From the NCBI GenBank assembly GCA_964349405.1, contig CAYGGY010000003.1:63908-127907 (forward strand): a DNA stretch of 64,000 nucleotides, in the 5' to 3' direction. The stretch is from an uncultured Ohtaekwangia sp. (GTDB lineage Bacteria; Bacteroidota; Bacteroidia; Cytophagales; Cyclobacteriaceae). Position 1 is the stretch's first letter. Each line of letters opens with the position of its first letter. The notes beneath the pieces were generated by a model, which saw only the letters and a program-made list of their open reading frames with translations, had not been told where the DNA came from and did not search any database. Of the stretch, positions 39,347 to 49,460 are shown piece by piece. Made by a program: the position numbers and the translations under genes.

Positions 39347-41157
39347 ATGAATCACGCAAAGAAATAGTGCAGATTGTATTCGTATTGGTTGGCGTAATTT
39401 TCCTGATTAAGCTGTTCTCTATTCAAGTACTCGATGACCGATATGCAATCATGGCAGATGGTAATGCCATCCTTCGGCAGGTAGAGTATCCTTTCCGTGG
39501 ACTTATTTATGACCGTAATAATAAGTTGATCGTCTACAATACTCCGGAGTATGATATTGAAGTAATAATCAAGGACATTAAGAAATTTGATTCAACAAAG
39601 TTTTGTGAGGTGTTTGAGATTTCACAGGAGGAGTTGCGTACGAAATTCAGAGAGATGAAAGCTCGTAAGGAATATTCTTCTTTTAAGCCTACTCTTTTTA
39701 TGGATCAACTTTCCAATATTGATTTTGCACGAGTGCAGGATCAGATGGATGAGTTTCCTGGTTTTTATATACAGGCCCGTACCACCCGTGCGTACTCTTC
39801 TGATGCACTGGCCAATGCGCTGGGTTATGTAAGCGAAATCAATAAGAACCAATTGGACAACGACAAAACAAAAATCTACAAGCAGGGAGATTATATTGGG
39901 CAGAGCGGTATAGAGGCATTTTATGAAGAGCAGTTGAGAGGAAAGAGGGGCGTTCGGTTTAAACTGAGAGATGTAAAAGGCATTGAGAAAGGCTCCTTTA
40001 ATGAAGGGAAGTACGATACGTTATCGGTGCCTGGTCAGAATCTGGTTACCGGCATTGATATCGTTCTACAGCAATATGGAGAATTCCTGATGAAAGGAAA
40101 GTCAGGTAGTATTGTTGCCATCGAACCTGCTTCTGGAGAAATATTATCATTGGTATCAGGACCATCCTATGATCCCACTCTACTGACCGGAAAAAACTAT
40201 AGCACTAATTTTAAATTGATTAACTCGGATTCATTGAAACCATTATTCAGCCGACCTCTCATGGCTCAATATCGGCCGGGTTCAATTTTTAAAATTGCTC
40301 AGGCGATGACTGCCCTGCAGGAAGGCGCAATCACAGAAGAAACCCGATTCAGGTGTGACAAATCCCTTATTGGTTGTCACCCTGGCCACGATAATCTGGA
40401 TCTGCGAGGCGCCATTGCAAATTCATGTAACCCCTATTTTTTTAATGTGCTCAAGAAAATGTTAGTGAAGGGTGTTGTTAACGATCCTTTTGAAGATACA
40501 CGCATTGGTTTGGCTGAGTGGAATAAACATATTAAAAGTTTTGGATTCGGAAGCAGGCTAGGGATCGATCTACCCAATGAAAAGGGTGGGTTAATACCTA
40601 CACCTGCCTATTACGATCGTGCCTATAATAACAGGCCCTGGAAGTTCTCAAACATATATTCAATCGCTATCGGAGAAGGAGAAAACTTAGTGGTGCCAAT
40701 TCAGATGGCAAACTTTGCCGCCACTATCGCGAACAGAGGATATTTTTATACACCCCATTTGGTGAAGTCAATAGGGTCAGATGGAAACCCCTTACCTCAA
40801 TATGCCCAACGACACTACACGTCAATTGATACTTCCTATTTTGTTGTAGCGGTGGATGCAATGCAGAAAGTAGTAGAGGAAGGGACAGGACAATATCGCG
40901 CACGACTTGCTGATGTTATAGTTTGTGGAAAAACGGGTACGGTAGAAAATGCGCCACCACTGTTTGATCACTCCGTGTTTATTGCATTTGCTCCGAGAGA
41001 TAATCCGAAAATTGCTATTTCAGTATACGTTGAGGATGCGGGCCAGGGTGCTCGAGCAGCGGCTTCCATCGCAAGTCTGATGATTGAAAAATATTTGTAT
41101 GGTCAAACCAAACGACCGCATATAGAACAGTATGTACTTAATAACAAATTTGAGTGA
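39343..41157 (+). CDS. mrdA: Penicillin-binding protein 2
   Basis: RGLIYDRN dimerisation domain; transpeptidase motifs GSIFK, SCN, KTG. Confidence 0.95.
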   Translation: MNESRKEIVQIVFVLVGVIFLIKLFSIQVLDDRYAIMADGNAILRQVEYPFRGLIYDRNNKLIVYNTPEYDIEVIIKDIKKFDSTKFCEVFEISQEELRTKFREMKARKEYSSFKPTLFMDQLSNIDFARVQDQMDEFPGFYIQARTTRAYSSDALANALGYVSEINKNQLDNDKTKIYKQGDYIGQSGIEAFYEEQLRGKRGVRFKLRDVKGIEKGSFNEGKYDTLSVPGQNLVTGIDIVLQQYGEFLMKGKSGSIVAIEPASGEILSLVSGPSYDPTLLTGKNYSTNFKLINSDSLKPLFSRPLMAQYRPGSIFKIAQAMTALQEGAITEETRFRCDKSLIGCHPGHDNLDLRGAIANSCNPYFFNVLKKMLVKGVVNDPFEDTRIGLAEWNKHIKSFGFGSRLGIDLPNEKGGLIPTPAYYDRAYNNRPWKFSNIYSIAIGEGENLVVPIQMANFAATIANRGYFYTPHLVKSIGSDGNPLPQYAQRHYTSIDTSYFVVAVDAMQKVVEEGTGQYRARLADVIVCGKTGTVENAPPLFDHSVFIAFAPRDNPKIAISVYVEDAGQGARAAASIASLMIEKYLYGQTKRPHIEQYVLNNKFE

Positions 41158-42428
41158 GAAGGGAGGAAAGCATATCAGATAAATTAGATTGGGTTGCCGT
41201 ACTCCTGTATATACTGATGGTCGTGCTGGGATGGCTCAACATATTTGCCTCAGTCTATGACGAATCGGTTAAGCAAACGATTTGGGATATGTCCCTGAAT
41301 TCTGGCCGTCAGCTTATTTTTATTGCAGCGTCATTCGTTATCATTTTCGCGATCGTTATTATCGATATGCGATTTTATGAAACGTTTGCCTTTTTGTTTT
41401 TTGGACTAATTATCTTTGTGCTCATTTTGGTTCCGTTTATCGGAAAAGAAGTAGGGGGGAATAAATCCTGGTTGGGAATTGGGTCTTTTGGTATTCAGCC
41501 TTCTGAGTTTGCGAAATTTGCCACGGCTCTTGTGGTAGCAAAGGTTATTGGTTCTGTGGGTTTTAAGATGGATAACCTTCGCAACCAACTAACACTTCTT
41601 TCAATAATGGCAGTCCCCATGGGCTTAATTCTTTTGCAGAAGGATTTCGGCACAGCCATCGTATTTGCCTCTCTTCTCCTGGTGTTTTATAGAGAAGGAA
41701 TGTCCCCTTTCCTTTTGATCGTTGGTATATCCATGGCAGCGATTGCCATACTCACATTAATTTTCAAAAATCATTGGTATCTGTACGGTATGATTGTCTC
41801 CATATTTGCCATCATAATTTTCTTTGGCAAGCGGACATTAAAGCGAATCATCGCTTTGGGTGCTGGTGCACTTCTGATCATTTTAACCATTGAGAGTTTT
41901 GACTACGTCATTAACAATGTATTACCGGTTCGTCACAAAATGCGCCTGGAGGCACTGGTTGATCCGGACTTTGACCCAATGGGAATTAATTGGAATGTCA
42001 CTCAGTCTAAAATCGCGATAGGTAGTGGTGGATTTGCAGGCAAAGGATTTCTTGAGGGAACTCAAACTAAGTTTGATTTTGTGCCTGAGCAAAGTACCGA
42101 CTTCATTTTTTGCACCATCGGTGAAGAACATGGCTGGCTGGGAAGTTTTTTTATAGTTGCTTTATTCATTGCGTTTTTACTGCGCGTGATTTTTATTGCA
42201 GAGCGACAGAAAAGCAGATTCGCACGTTCGTACGGATATGCTGTTGCCAGCATATTCTTTTTTCACTTTGCCGTAAATATTGGAATGACGATTGGTCTAT
42301 TTCCTGTAATCGGCATACCACTTCCATTTTTTAGTTATGGAGGATCTTCGTTATGGGGCTTTACAATTTTACTATTTGTGCTTTTAAAGTTAGATGCCCA
42401 TCGCAGTCAGATGTTACAGCGTATTTAG
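41154..42428 (+). CDS. rodA: Rod shape-determining SEDS glycosyltransferase RodA
   Basis: IQPSEFAK, QKDFGTA, QSKIAIGSGG, PEQSTDFIF, PFFSYGGSS; GTG start. Confidence 0.95.
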   Translation: MRREESISDKLDWVAVLLYILMVVLGWLNIFASVYDESVKQTIWDMSLNSGRQLIFIAASFVIIFAIVIIDMRFYETFAFLFFGLIIFVLILVPFIGKEVGGNKSWLGIGSFGIQPSEFAKFATALVVAKVIGSVGFKMDNLRNQLTLLSIMAVPMGLILLQKDFGTAIVFASLLLVFYREGMSPFLLIVGISMAAIAILTLIFKNHWYLYGMIVSIFAIIIFFGKRTLKRIIALGAGALLIILTIESFDYVINNVLPVRHKMRLEALVDPDFDPMGINWNVTQSKIAIGSGGFAGKGFLEGTQTKFDFVPEQSTDFIFCTIGEEHGWLGSFFIVALFIAFLLRVIFIAERQKSRFARSYGYAVASIFFFHFAVNIGMTIGLFPVIGIPLPFFSYGGSSLWGFTILLFVLLKLDAHRSQMLQRI

Positions 42429-43417
42429 TTGTTGAATCGCTTTTCAACTATTTCAATAAACTCAAGGTATTCTTCACTCTCCTTATCCCAATGTGGATAG
42501 GCATCTTCAATAAACCTTGTAGCTTGTTGTAGATTATCAAAACGATCCAGCCGGTCAACAGCCTCCGAAAAAATTTCGAAGTCACCATGGAATAAGATCT
42601 TGGTAAACATGAATTTCTGATTGATCGTAAGATTATCTTTCAAGCGTACCATCTTCTTCTTAGCCAAATCGTCAGCCAGTGTATTTTTGGCTTCTTTTTG
42701 CGTGGCAGGAGAGTTAGTTTTTTTTATATCGGTTGAAATATTGATTGCTGGCTTTGAAGCAGGGGGCGGTTGCATGGCCGTTTTCACCTCATAAAAAATT
42801 TCTGTTTTTATGGGTATCACCTGATTGAATAGTTGGAAGTGAGGTTCAATTTCTTCTGGCGTAAAATTTACTTCTTCCAGAATTTGATCTAGGATCGCGA
42901 ATGCTTCATTGCCAGAGAGAGACTTCAATTTTTTTTCTTCCAATCGAGCAACCAGTTTTTCAAGAGGAGCACGGTTGATTTTGATGTATTTTACTTCACT
43001 TTTTAAATCTTGGGTGAGTACAGGTTTCCCTTCTTTTCGGTCTAGCGTATCCGAAAAAAAATCATACGGATCAAGAATCAAATAAATGGTTTGACTTACA
43101 GCATTTGTCAGCAGCGGGAGGAAGTCTTGTTTGTCGATTAAAATGTGATTACTCAGTGTATTTTGAAAGGCAACCAGCGCTTCATGAACCTCTTTGGCTT
43201 CATAATCAAAATAAGGACTCTTTAATTTTTCAGTTTCCTTTTGCCAGGCGGCAAGAAGATCATGCACTACAAATAAGTTCACCTGTTGTATCGTGGACAA
43301 TTGAAGTATTTCCGGCCCCGTTATCTTATTCTTTTTTGAGAAAAACGAATTGACGAGGGTAAGCGCATACTGTTGAGCGTATTGATCTACAGATTTCAAA
43401 CTAATCTTTTCGTCCAT
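42425..43417 (-). CDS. Hypothetical protein with a Bacteroidota-type C-terminal helical domain
   Basis: 330-aa ORF; Pro/Lys-rich linker, then LTINQKFMFTKILFHGD...W...FIEIVEKRF. Confidence 0.75.
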   Translation of the reverse strand: MDEKISLKSVDQYAQQYALTLVNSFFSKKNKITGPEILQLSTIQQVNLFVVHDLLAAWQKETEKLKSPYFDYEAKEVHEALVAFQNTLSNHILIDKQDFLPLLTNAVSQTIYLILDPYDFFSDTLDRKEGKPVLTQDLKSEVKYIKINRAPLEKLVARLEEKKLKSLSGNEAFAILDQILEEVNFTPEEIEPHFQLFNQVIPIKTEIFYEVKTAMQPPPASKPAINISTDIKKTNSPATQKEAKNTLADDLAKKKMVRLKDNLTINQKFMFTKILFHGDFEIFSEAVDRLDRFDNLQQATRFIEDAYPHWDKESEEYLEFIEIVEKRFNN

Positions 43418-43476
43418 GAGCAGAAATTTTCATTAATCTTGTTTAGAAACGAAGGTACCCGATTTAAATTGGTTCG

Positions 43477-43800
43477 ATGGTAAAGATAGTGATTGAAAAT
43501 TTGGCTCAAAAAGAACTATCACTTGTTGATGAATCTAAATCAATATTGCAGCTTGTTCAGTCCAATTTTATTGATTGGATGCATGCTTGTGGCGGAAAGG
43601 GACGATGCACTACATGTAAAATGGTGGTCGTGGAAGGAGTAGAGAAGTTATCGGCTATAACACCAGCAGAAATAAAGTACAGGAGCCTTGGGCAATTAGC
43701 AGAAAACGAACGGCTGGCTTGTCAAACACGGGCTATTGGCTCATGTCGGATACGGGTTCCCGAAGAAAGTAAAGTTCCCAATGCTGATTATACCAGTTAG
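43477..43800 (+). CDS. 2Fe-2S ferredoxin
   Basis: CGGKGRCTTC...RLACQ cysteine pattern. Confidence 0.9.
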   Translation: MVKIVIENLAQKELSLVDESKSILQLVQSNFIDWMHACGGKGRCTTCKMVVVEGVEKLSAITPAEIKYRSLGQLAENERLACQTRAIGSCRIRVPEESKVPNADYTS

Positions 43801-43910
43801 CGAGTAGATTTGACAACCAACATTGCAAGTGGCACGAAGCATTTTCTAAACAAAAACACAAATTAAGATGGCTATTTATATATCTTCCCTTCAACCCCTA
43901 AATTGCACTT

Positions 43911-44507
43911 ATGTTTATCGAACCTCATTTAGGTAGATCTAAAGCCAGCGGTCGCAGCGGTTGGATGGAAGTAATTTGTGGATGCATGTTTTCCGGTAAA
44001 ACGGAAGAATTAATTCGAAGATTAAACCGTGCCTTAATTGCAAAACAAAAAGTAGAAATATTCAAACCCAAGGTGGATACACGATATCATGTAGAGAAGA
44101 TTGTATCACACAATGAGCGGGAGATCAGATCGACACCGGTAAATTTTGCCAATGACATTTTGCTATTAGCTGGTGATTGTGATGTGGTTGGTATTGACGA
44201 AGCTCAGTTTTTTGATGAGTCAATTGTAGAGGTTTGTAATACCTTGGCGAATGGTGGGAAGCGTGTAATTGTAGCTGGTCTGGATATGGATTATGAAGGG
44301 AAGCCTTTTGGCCCCATGCCTTATTTACTTGCTGTGGCAGAATTTGTAACTAAAGTGCATGCCATATGCGCAGAGACCGGAGAACTTGCGTCCTTTTCAT
44401 TTCGATTAAATGCCAATAATACACAAGTTATGCTCGGTGAAAAAGATACCTACGAGGCTCGTAGTCGTCAGTCATTTTTTAATGACATGAAGAATCGTAA
44501 AAAATAA
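43911..44507 (+). CDS. tdk: Thymidine kinase (TK1 type)
   Basis: GCMFSGKT P-loop, GIDEAQF, AGLDMD. Confidence 0.95.
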   Translation: MFIEPHLGRSKASGRSGWMEVICGCMFSGKTEELIRRLNRALIAKQKVEIFKPKVDTRYHVEKIVSHNEREIRSTPVNFANDILLLAGDCDVVGIDEAQFFDESIVEVCNTLANGGKRVIVAGLDMDYEGKPFGPMPYLLAVAEFVTKVHAICAETGELASFSFRLNANNTQVMLGEKDTYEARSRQSFFNDMKNRKK

Positions 44508-44509
44508 TC

Positions 44510-45175
44510 GTGCTCCAGAAAACCAGAGGAATTGTTTTCAGGTTTGTGAAATTTGGAGAGACCTCCATCATCGCTAACATATTTACCGAGCAATTTGGGT
44601 TGCAGAGTTATATGATAAAGGGCGTGAGAACCAATGCCCGTAAAAGTAAGATTGCCTTTTTTCAACCATTAACCTTATTGGAAATGGTCGTTTATCATAA
44701 AGAAAGTGGAGGCATCATGCACATTAAAGAAGTGAGATGCTTTCATCCATATCAATTTATAAATGCCGATGTGCGCAAGGCAGCGATCGCCATGTTTATC
44801 AATGAAGTGCTAAACAAGTCGGTGAAAGAGCAAAGTCACGCACAGGATCTTTTTAATTTCATAGCAGAGTCATTAATTTATCTTGATACCCTCGCGCATC
44901 CGGAAAATTTTCATTTGATCTTTCTCATTGGTCTTAGTAAACATTTAGGTTTTGGGCCTAACCTGGCAAGTGAAGTGTTGGGTGGCAGAATGATCAGTGA
45001 AGAGGAAGAGCAGGCGCTCAATAAGTTCCTAACATTGGATTATCGTGTGGAGATTCCGTTAACCTATCAACAAAGAAAAAATATTCTGGCCGCGCTTTTA
45101 AGGTTTTACCAGGCTCACTCGGATGGCTTCGGGGAAATGAAATCGATCGCAGTACTTAAAGAAGTACTTAGCTGA
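44510..45175 (+). CDS. recO: DNA repair protein RecO
   Basis: KTRGIV...GETSII...FTEQFG, FQPL OB-fold start; FLIGLSKHLGFGP. Confidence 0.9.
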   Translation: MLQKTRGIVFRFVKFGETSIIANIFTEQFGLQSYMIKGVRTNARKSKIAFFQPLTLLEMVVYHKESGGIMHIKEVRCFHPYQFINADVRKAAIAMFINEVLNKSVKEQSHAQDLFNFIAESLIYLDTLAHPENFHLIFLIGLSKHLGFGPNLASEVLGGRMISEEEEQALNKFLTLDYRVEIPLTYQQRKNILAALLRFYQAHSDGFGEMKSIAVLKEVLS

Positions 45176-45207
45176 ACTCATATACGGTTAGTCAGCAGCT
45201 GAAAAAC

Positions 45208-46314
45208 TTACGCCAATACCGGTTCCGGTTTTACACTGAGCACTTTTAGTTGCTTTGCATGTGCAACAATGGCCTCCATAAAAGTTTCCTTTGATTTGTA
45301 AGGCACCCCATATTCTTTGGCTGTTTGTTCTACAATCTTGGCGATTTTCCGATAATGAACGTGGCAAATGTTAGGGAACAAATGATGCTCTACTTGATAG
45401 TTAAGACCGCCTACATACCAAGAGAAAATTTTGGCGCGGTGACCAAAGTTCGTAGTGGTGAGAAGCTGATGAATAGCCCAGCTGTTTTCCAGATTTCCAT
45501 TTTCATCGGGTATAGGATATTCAGTGCCTTCCACAACGTGAGCCGGTTGAAAAATCATAGCCAGAATAAAGCCACCAATGTAGTGCATAACAAAAAATCC
45601 GATTGCGACCTGCCAAAAGGTTACGGGAAGAAGAAGCATTGGTATGGCAACGATATAGGTATAATAAAGTACTTTGGTCGATATCATGATTATCCATTCT
45701 TTCGTGGCAGAGGTGCGCTGCTTTTTAATAAGCCCTTCGCGTTGATATTTGATAAGGCGGTCAAAATCTTTTACGATCACCCAAACCAACGTCATGAATC
45801 CATAGAAGAACCAGGCGTAATAATGCTGGAATTTGTGAATGGGTTTCCATTTTGAATCAGGAGCCATTCTGATAATACCACGTGGGCTGATGTCTTCATC
45901 CACATCGTGCACATTGGTGTAGGTGTGATGAAGTACATTATGCTGTACTTTCCAGTTTATTGCGTGGCCACCAACCAGGTTGAGCGATAGACTTAATAAA
46001 CTATTAACCCATGGTTTGTTAGAATAAGATCCGTGATTGGCATCGTGCATGATTGACAGGCCAATGCCGGCTAAACCGAAGCCCATAATCACACAAAGGC
46101 CTAACATGCCCCAGGCACTCGAAACTACTCCGGAGATCAACACGAAATACGGGATGAAGTAAATCGAAAACATCACCATGGTTTTGATGACCATCTCAGC
46201 GTTCCCGGTACGTTCAATATTATTCGTTTTGAAATATTGGTTAACACGCTGGTTTAGCGTGACGAAAAAATCTTGTTGCTTATTGGCAAATTTGATATTC
46301 AGGTTTATACTCAT
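45208..46314 (-). CDS. Membrane acyl-lipid/acyl-CoA fatty acid desaturase
   Basis: Histidine boxes HDANH, HNVLHH and QVEHH. Confidence 0.92.
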   Translation of the reverse strand: MSINLNIKFANKQQDFFVTLNQRVNQYFKTNNIERTGNAEMVIKTMVMFSIYFIPYFVLISGVVSSAWGMLGLCVIMGFGLAGIGLSIMHDANHGSYSNKPWVNSLLSLSLNLVGGHAINWKVQHNVLHHTYTNVHDVDEDISPRGIIRMAPDSKWKPIHKFQHYYAWFFYGFMTLVWVIVKDFDRLIKYQREGLIKKQRTSATKEWIIMISTKVLYYTYIVAIPMLLLPVTFWQVAIGFFVMHYIGGFILAMIFQPAHVVEGTEYPIPDENGNLENSWAIHQLLTTTNFGHRAKIFSWYVGGLNYQVEHHLFPNICHVHYRKIAKIVEQTAKEYGVPYKSKETFMEAIVAHAKQLKVLSVKPEPVLA

Positions 46315-46375
46315 AGAGGTAATGATGAGTTAGCTAATAAAGTACGATCTTACCAAATGAGTAAAATCTAATTTT

Positions 46376-46383
46376 CAAAGGTA
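46376..46383 (-). promoter_or_regulatory. -7 promoter element for the desaturase gene
   Basis: Minus strand TACCTTTG, 61 nt upstream of the ATG. Confidence 0.5.
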
Positions 46384-46456
46384 AGCATTTGAAAATTGAT
46401 AACACCGGCAGGGTGAAGATTTTTGAAAAACGGTAATTTGCTCTTGGAGAAGGTTA

Positions 46457-47113
46457 TTAAAATTCAGCAAGTACTGTTTTGCCTCCTTTGGTGACATCGC
46501 CAACCTGAACCATTACCTTGGCATCTAATGGCAGGAAAACATCGACACGTGAGCCAAACTTAATAAAGCCGAATTCATCTCCCTGATCGAGTTGCTGTCC
46601 TTCTTTTACATAGCACTTTATTCTTCGAGCGAGGGCTCCGGCAATTTGCCTGAATAATATTTCAGTGCCGTTATTCATTTTGGCAACAACGGTTGTGCGC
46701 TCATTTTCTGTACTTGATTTCGGATGCCATGCTACTAAATATTTCCCGGGATGATATTTAAAATAGGATATAACACCTTTCACCGGCATACGGTTAATAT
46801 GCACGTTAACGGGAGACATGAAAATAGATATTTGCTTTCGCTTCGATTTTAAATATTCAGTCTCTTCCGTTTCTTCAATCACTACCACTTTTCCATCGGC
46901 AGGAGCCAACACTTTCTTTACATCTTTTTGAACTTCAAATATGGGTATGCGAAAGAACTGAAGAATAAGAAGGTAAAAGGCAAGGCTAACACCAATGATG
47001 ATGTTCTGTACGATGATGGCATCCGAAAAAAAGTAGGAGACAGCCCAGTTAAGAGCAAAAAGAGCCACCAATAAAACAAATAATAACGTGCGGCCCTCGC
47101 GATGAATAGTCAT
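46457..47113 (-). CDS. psd: Phosphatidylserine decarboxylase proenzyme
   Basis: APADGKV, IFMSPVNVH, QIAG, FGSRVD self-cleavage site. Confidence 0.95.
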   Translation of the reverse strand: MTIHREGRTLLFVLLVALFALNWAVSYFFSDAIIVQNIIIGVSLAFYLLILQFFRIPIFEVQKDVKKVLAPADGKVVVIEETEETEYLKSKRKQISIFMSPVNVHINRMPVKGVISYFKYHPGKYLVAWHPKSSTENERTTVVAKMNNGTEILFRQIAGALARRIKCYVKEGQQLDQGDEFGFIKFGSRVDVFLPLDAKVMVQVGDVTKGGKTVLAEF

Positions 47114-47139
47114 GATAATTAAATTAGCTTTTAAAAGCT

Positions 47140-47147
47140 CAAAGGTA
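47140..47147 (-). promoter_or_regulatory. -7 promoter element for psd
   Basis: Minus strand TACCTTTG, 26 nt upstream of the ATG. Confidence 0.5.
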
Positions 47148-47197
47148 AGGGCACTAACCCTTAACTCATAGCAAATCCGTTCTATTCAGGAAATGGA

Positions 47198-48472
47198 TTA
47201 AAATCCCCCTCGGTATTTATAGGTCTTAGCCACTTTATCGATGGCAACCATATAGGCTGCAATGCGCAACGATACTTTGTATTGAATAGATGTTTTATAC
47301 ACAATATTGAAGGCATCTTTCATAATCCGGTCACTTCTACGATTTACGCGCTCTGCGGTCCACTTATAGCCCAATCGGTTTTGAACCCATTCAAAATAGG
47401 AAACCGTTACACCACCGGCATTGGCAAGAATATCAGGAACCACGCTGATGCCTTTTTCAAAAATGATACTGTCAGCTTTTGATGAGGTTGGTCCGTTGGC
47501 TCCTTCTACGATTAGCTTTGCCTGAATTTTTCCGGCATTAGAACCAGTGATCACGTCTTCTGTTGCGGCAGGCACGAGCACATCTACAGGTAAAGTCAGT
47601 AGGTCGGCTCCAGCGATTTTCTCTACTTCAGCATATCCTTCCAGCGATCCTTTATTTTTATCGCGATAAGCAACGGCAGCATCGATGTCAATACCATTTT
47701 CATTGTAATAAGCGCCAGAGATGTCACTCACGGCAACTACCTTCAATCCTCTTTCGGCAAGAAGTCGGGCTGCCCATGAGCCCACGTTCCCAAATCCTTG
47801 AACAGCGCAGGTAGCGTTATATGGATTAATTTTAAGTTTTTCCATGGCAGCCAAGGCAGAAACCATTACACCACGGCCGGTAGCTTCGGTTCTTCCTAAT
47901 GAACCACCCATTACAATCGGTTTTCCGGTAACCACAGCGGCTACGGTCATACCTTTATTTCTTGAATATTGATCCATCAACCAGGCCATTTCACGAGGTC
48001 CTGTGCCCATATCAGGGGCAGGTATATCCTGATCAGGGCCAAACACGCCCATCATTGCCTGGGTATATGAACGCATTAAACGTTCAATTTCTCCAGCCGA
48101 CATTTCGCGTGGGTTGCAGGTAACGCCTCCTTTTGCTCCCCCATAGGGAATATCCACGACAGCACATTTCCAGGTCATCCAGGCGGCAAGCGCTTTTACT
48201 TCATCAAGATTTACGTGAGGATCAAACCGGATTCCTCCTTTGGAGGGTCCTAATATAGTTGAGTGAATTACCCGGTAGCCTTCAAATACTTTAATACTTC
48301 CGTCATCCATAGTAACGGGCAACGAAACTATCACCTGCTTCGCGGGTGACTTCAGCACTTGATACACTTCATCTTCAAGTCCTAAAATTTGAGAAGCTGT
48401 GTGAAAACGAGACATCATCGCTTCAAAAGGATTCTCCTTATCTACAATCGGTGCAGGTTCGATATACGCCAT
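47198..48472 (-). CDS. gdhA: Glutamate dehydrogenase (Glu/Leu/Phe/Val family)
   Basis: GPSKGGIRF, GGAKGG, DIPAPD, GRTEATGRG, QGFGNVG, EGANGP, NAGGVTVSYFEW. Confidence 0.93.
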   Translation of the reverse strand: MAYIEPAPIVDKENPFEAMMSRFHTASQILGLEDEVYQVLKSPAKQVIVSLPVTMDDGSIKVFEGYRVIHSTILGPSKGGIRFDPHVNLDEVKALAAWMTWKCAVVDIPYGGAKGGVTCNPREMSAGEIERLMRSYTQAMMGVFGPDQDIPAPDMGTGPREMAWLMDQYSRNKGMTVAAVVTGKPIVMGGSLGRTEATGRGVMVSALAAMEKLKINPYNATCAVQGFGNVGSWAARLLAERGLKVVAVSDISGAYYNENGIDIDAAVAYRDKNKGSLEGYAEVEKIAGADLLTLPVDVLVPAATEDVITGSNAGKIQAKLIVEGANGPTSSKADSIIFEKGISVVPDILANAGGVTVSYFEWVQNRLGYKWTAERVNRRSDRIMKDAFNIVYKTSIQYKVSLRIAAYMVAIDKVAKTYKYRGGF

Positions 48473-48563
48473 AAAAGTGGGATAGATTTTTAAAATTTTA
48501 TTAGGTCTGGCCTTATTCGCTGATCTTAGTAAAAGCCGCGTAAACGGGCCCCTAAAACGGTTG

Positions 48564-48571
48564 CAAAGATA
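48564..48571 (-). promoter_or_regulatory. -7 promoter element for the glutamate dehydrogenase gene
   Basis: Minus strand TATCTTTG, 91 nt upstream of the ATG. Confidence 0.5.
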
Positions 48572-48614
48572 TATAAATTAGATGCCCGTAAAGAAATAAG
48601 GGCCTTAAAAACAG

Positions 48615-49460
48615 TTAAAAAATCTCGAGAAAAGCTACGATAAACGGAGCGGAAATTAATAACCCATCAAAGCGATCTAAAAAGCCACCGTGGCCTGGCA
48701 GGCTGGTGCCGGAATCTTTAATTTCAATACTTCTTTTAAGCAGGGATTCTACCAGGTCGCCAAAGGTGCCACCGATAATGATAATGACACCAATAACCAT
48801 CCATTGCCAGGAGCGGATGGTGGGGTCGTGCCCGATGGCAGAAAAGAAGTATGGCAAAGCATAGGCAAAGGCAAAGGCCAAAACAGCGCCACCGGCAAAA
48901 CCCTCCCACGACTTTTTAGGCGAGATACGCTCAAAAAGTTTTCGTTTGCCAAACAAGGAACCTGCAAAATAGGCCCCCGTATCGCTGGCCCACAAAATGA
49001 ATAAACAGCCAAAAATAATCTGGTAATCATACACCTCATTTTCATAGGCAGCAATGTTGAGCAGGGCAATGGGTGTTGCTACATAAAAAATCCCCAAAAA
49101 TGTATAGGCGATATTGGTAAAAGGTTTGCGTTCTAACTTTTTGTAAAGTTTAATCATGTATATGCACGATACAGTCGGAAAAATCAAGAAATAGTACCGG
49201 TATGAAATGTCTCCACGTTCGATAAAGAATGATAAACAATAAATCAACACACCACTAAAGGTTCCAAATGTCTTTTGTGGGATCATTCCATCCAATCCTG
49301 AGAGTTTATAGAACTCTAGAAGGGTGAATAAGCAAATGATAAAAAATACAATGAAGTAGGTCCACTCGCTGTACATCACACTGAAGACGATACCAGCGGC
49401 ACCTAATAGGGCGGTGATAAGTCGTTGGGAAAGGTTACTGAATTTTGTTGCGGCCGTCAC
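48615..49460 (-). CDS. cdsA: Phosphatidate cytidylyltransferase
   Basis: WASDTGAYF, ISPKKSWEG, GDLVES..KR...KDSG..LPGHGGFLDRFD. Confidence 0.95.
   Translation of the reverse strand: MTAATKFSNLSQRLITALLGAAGIVFSVMYSEWTYFIVFFIICLFTLLEFYKLSGLDGMIPQKTFGTFSGVLIYCLSFFIERGDISYRYYFLIFPTVSCIYMIKLYKKLERKPFTNIAYTFLGIFYVATPIALLNIAAYENEVYDYQIIFGCLFILWASDTGAYFAGSLFGKRKLFERISPKKSWEGFAGGAVLAFAFAYALPYFFSAIGHDPTIRSWQWMVIGVIIIIGGTFGDLVESLLKRSIEIKDSGTSLPGHGGFLDRFDGLLISAPFIVAFLEIF

Noticed and set aside
48505-48605. Nested short inverted repeats (GGCCTTATT/AATAAGGGCC, ACGGGC/GCCCGT) upstream of gdh
   Set aside because: The arms are short, asymmetrically spaced and straddle the predicted promoter, so they are unlikely to be in one transcript.
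46457-49460. Glutamate dehydrogenase sitting between the lipid genes cdsA and psd
   Set aside because: Each of gdh, psd and the desaturase has its own TAnnTTTG element, so no functional coupling is implied; I believe this order is ordinary in Cytophagales.
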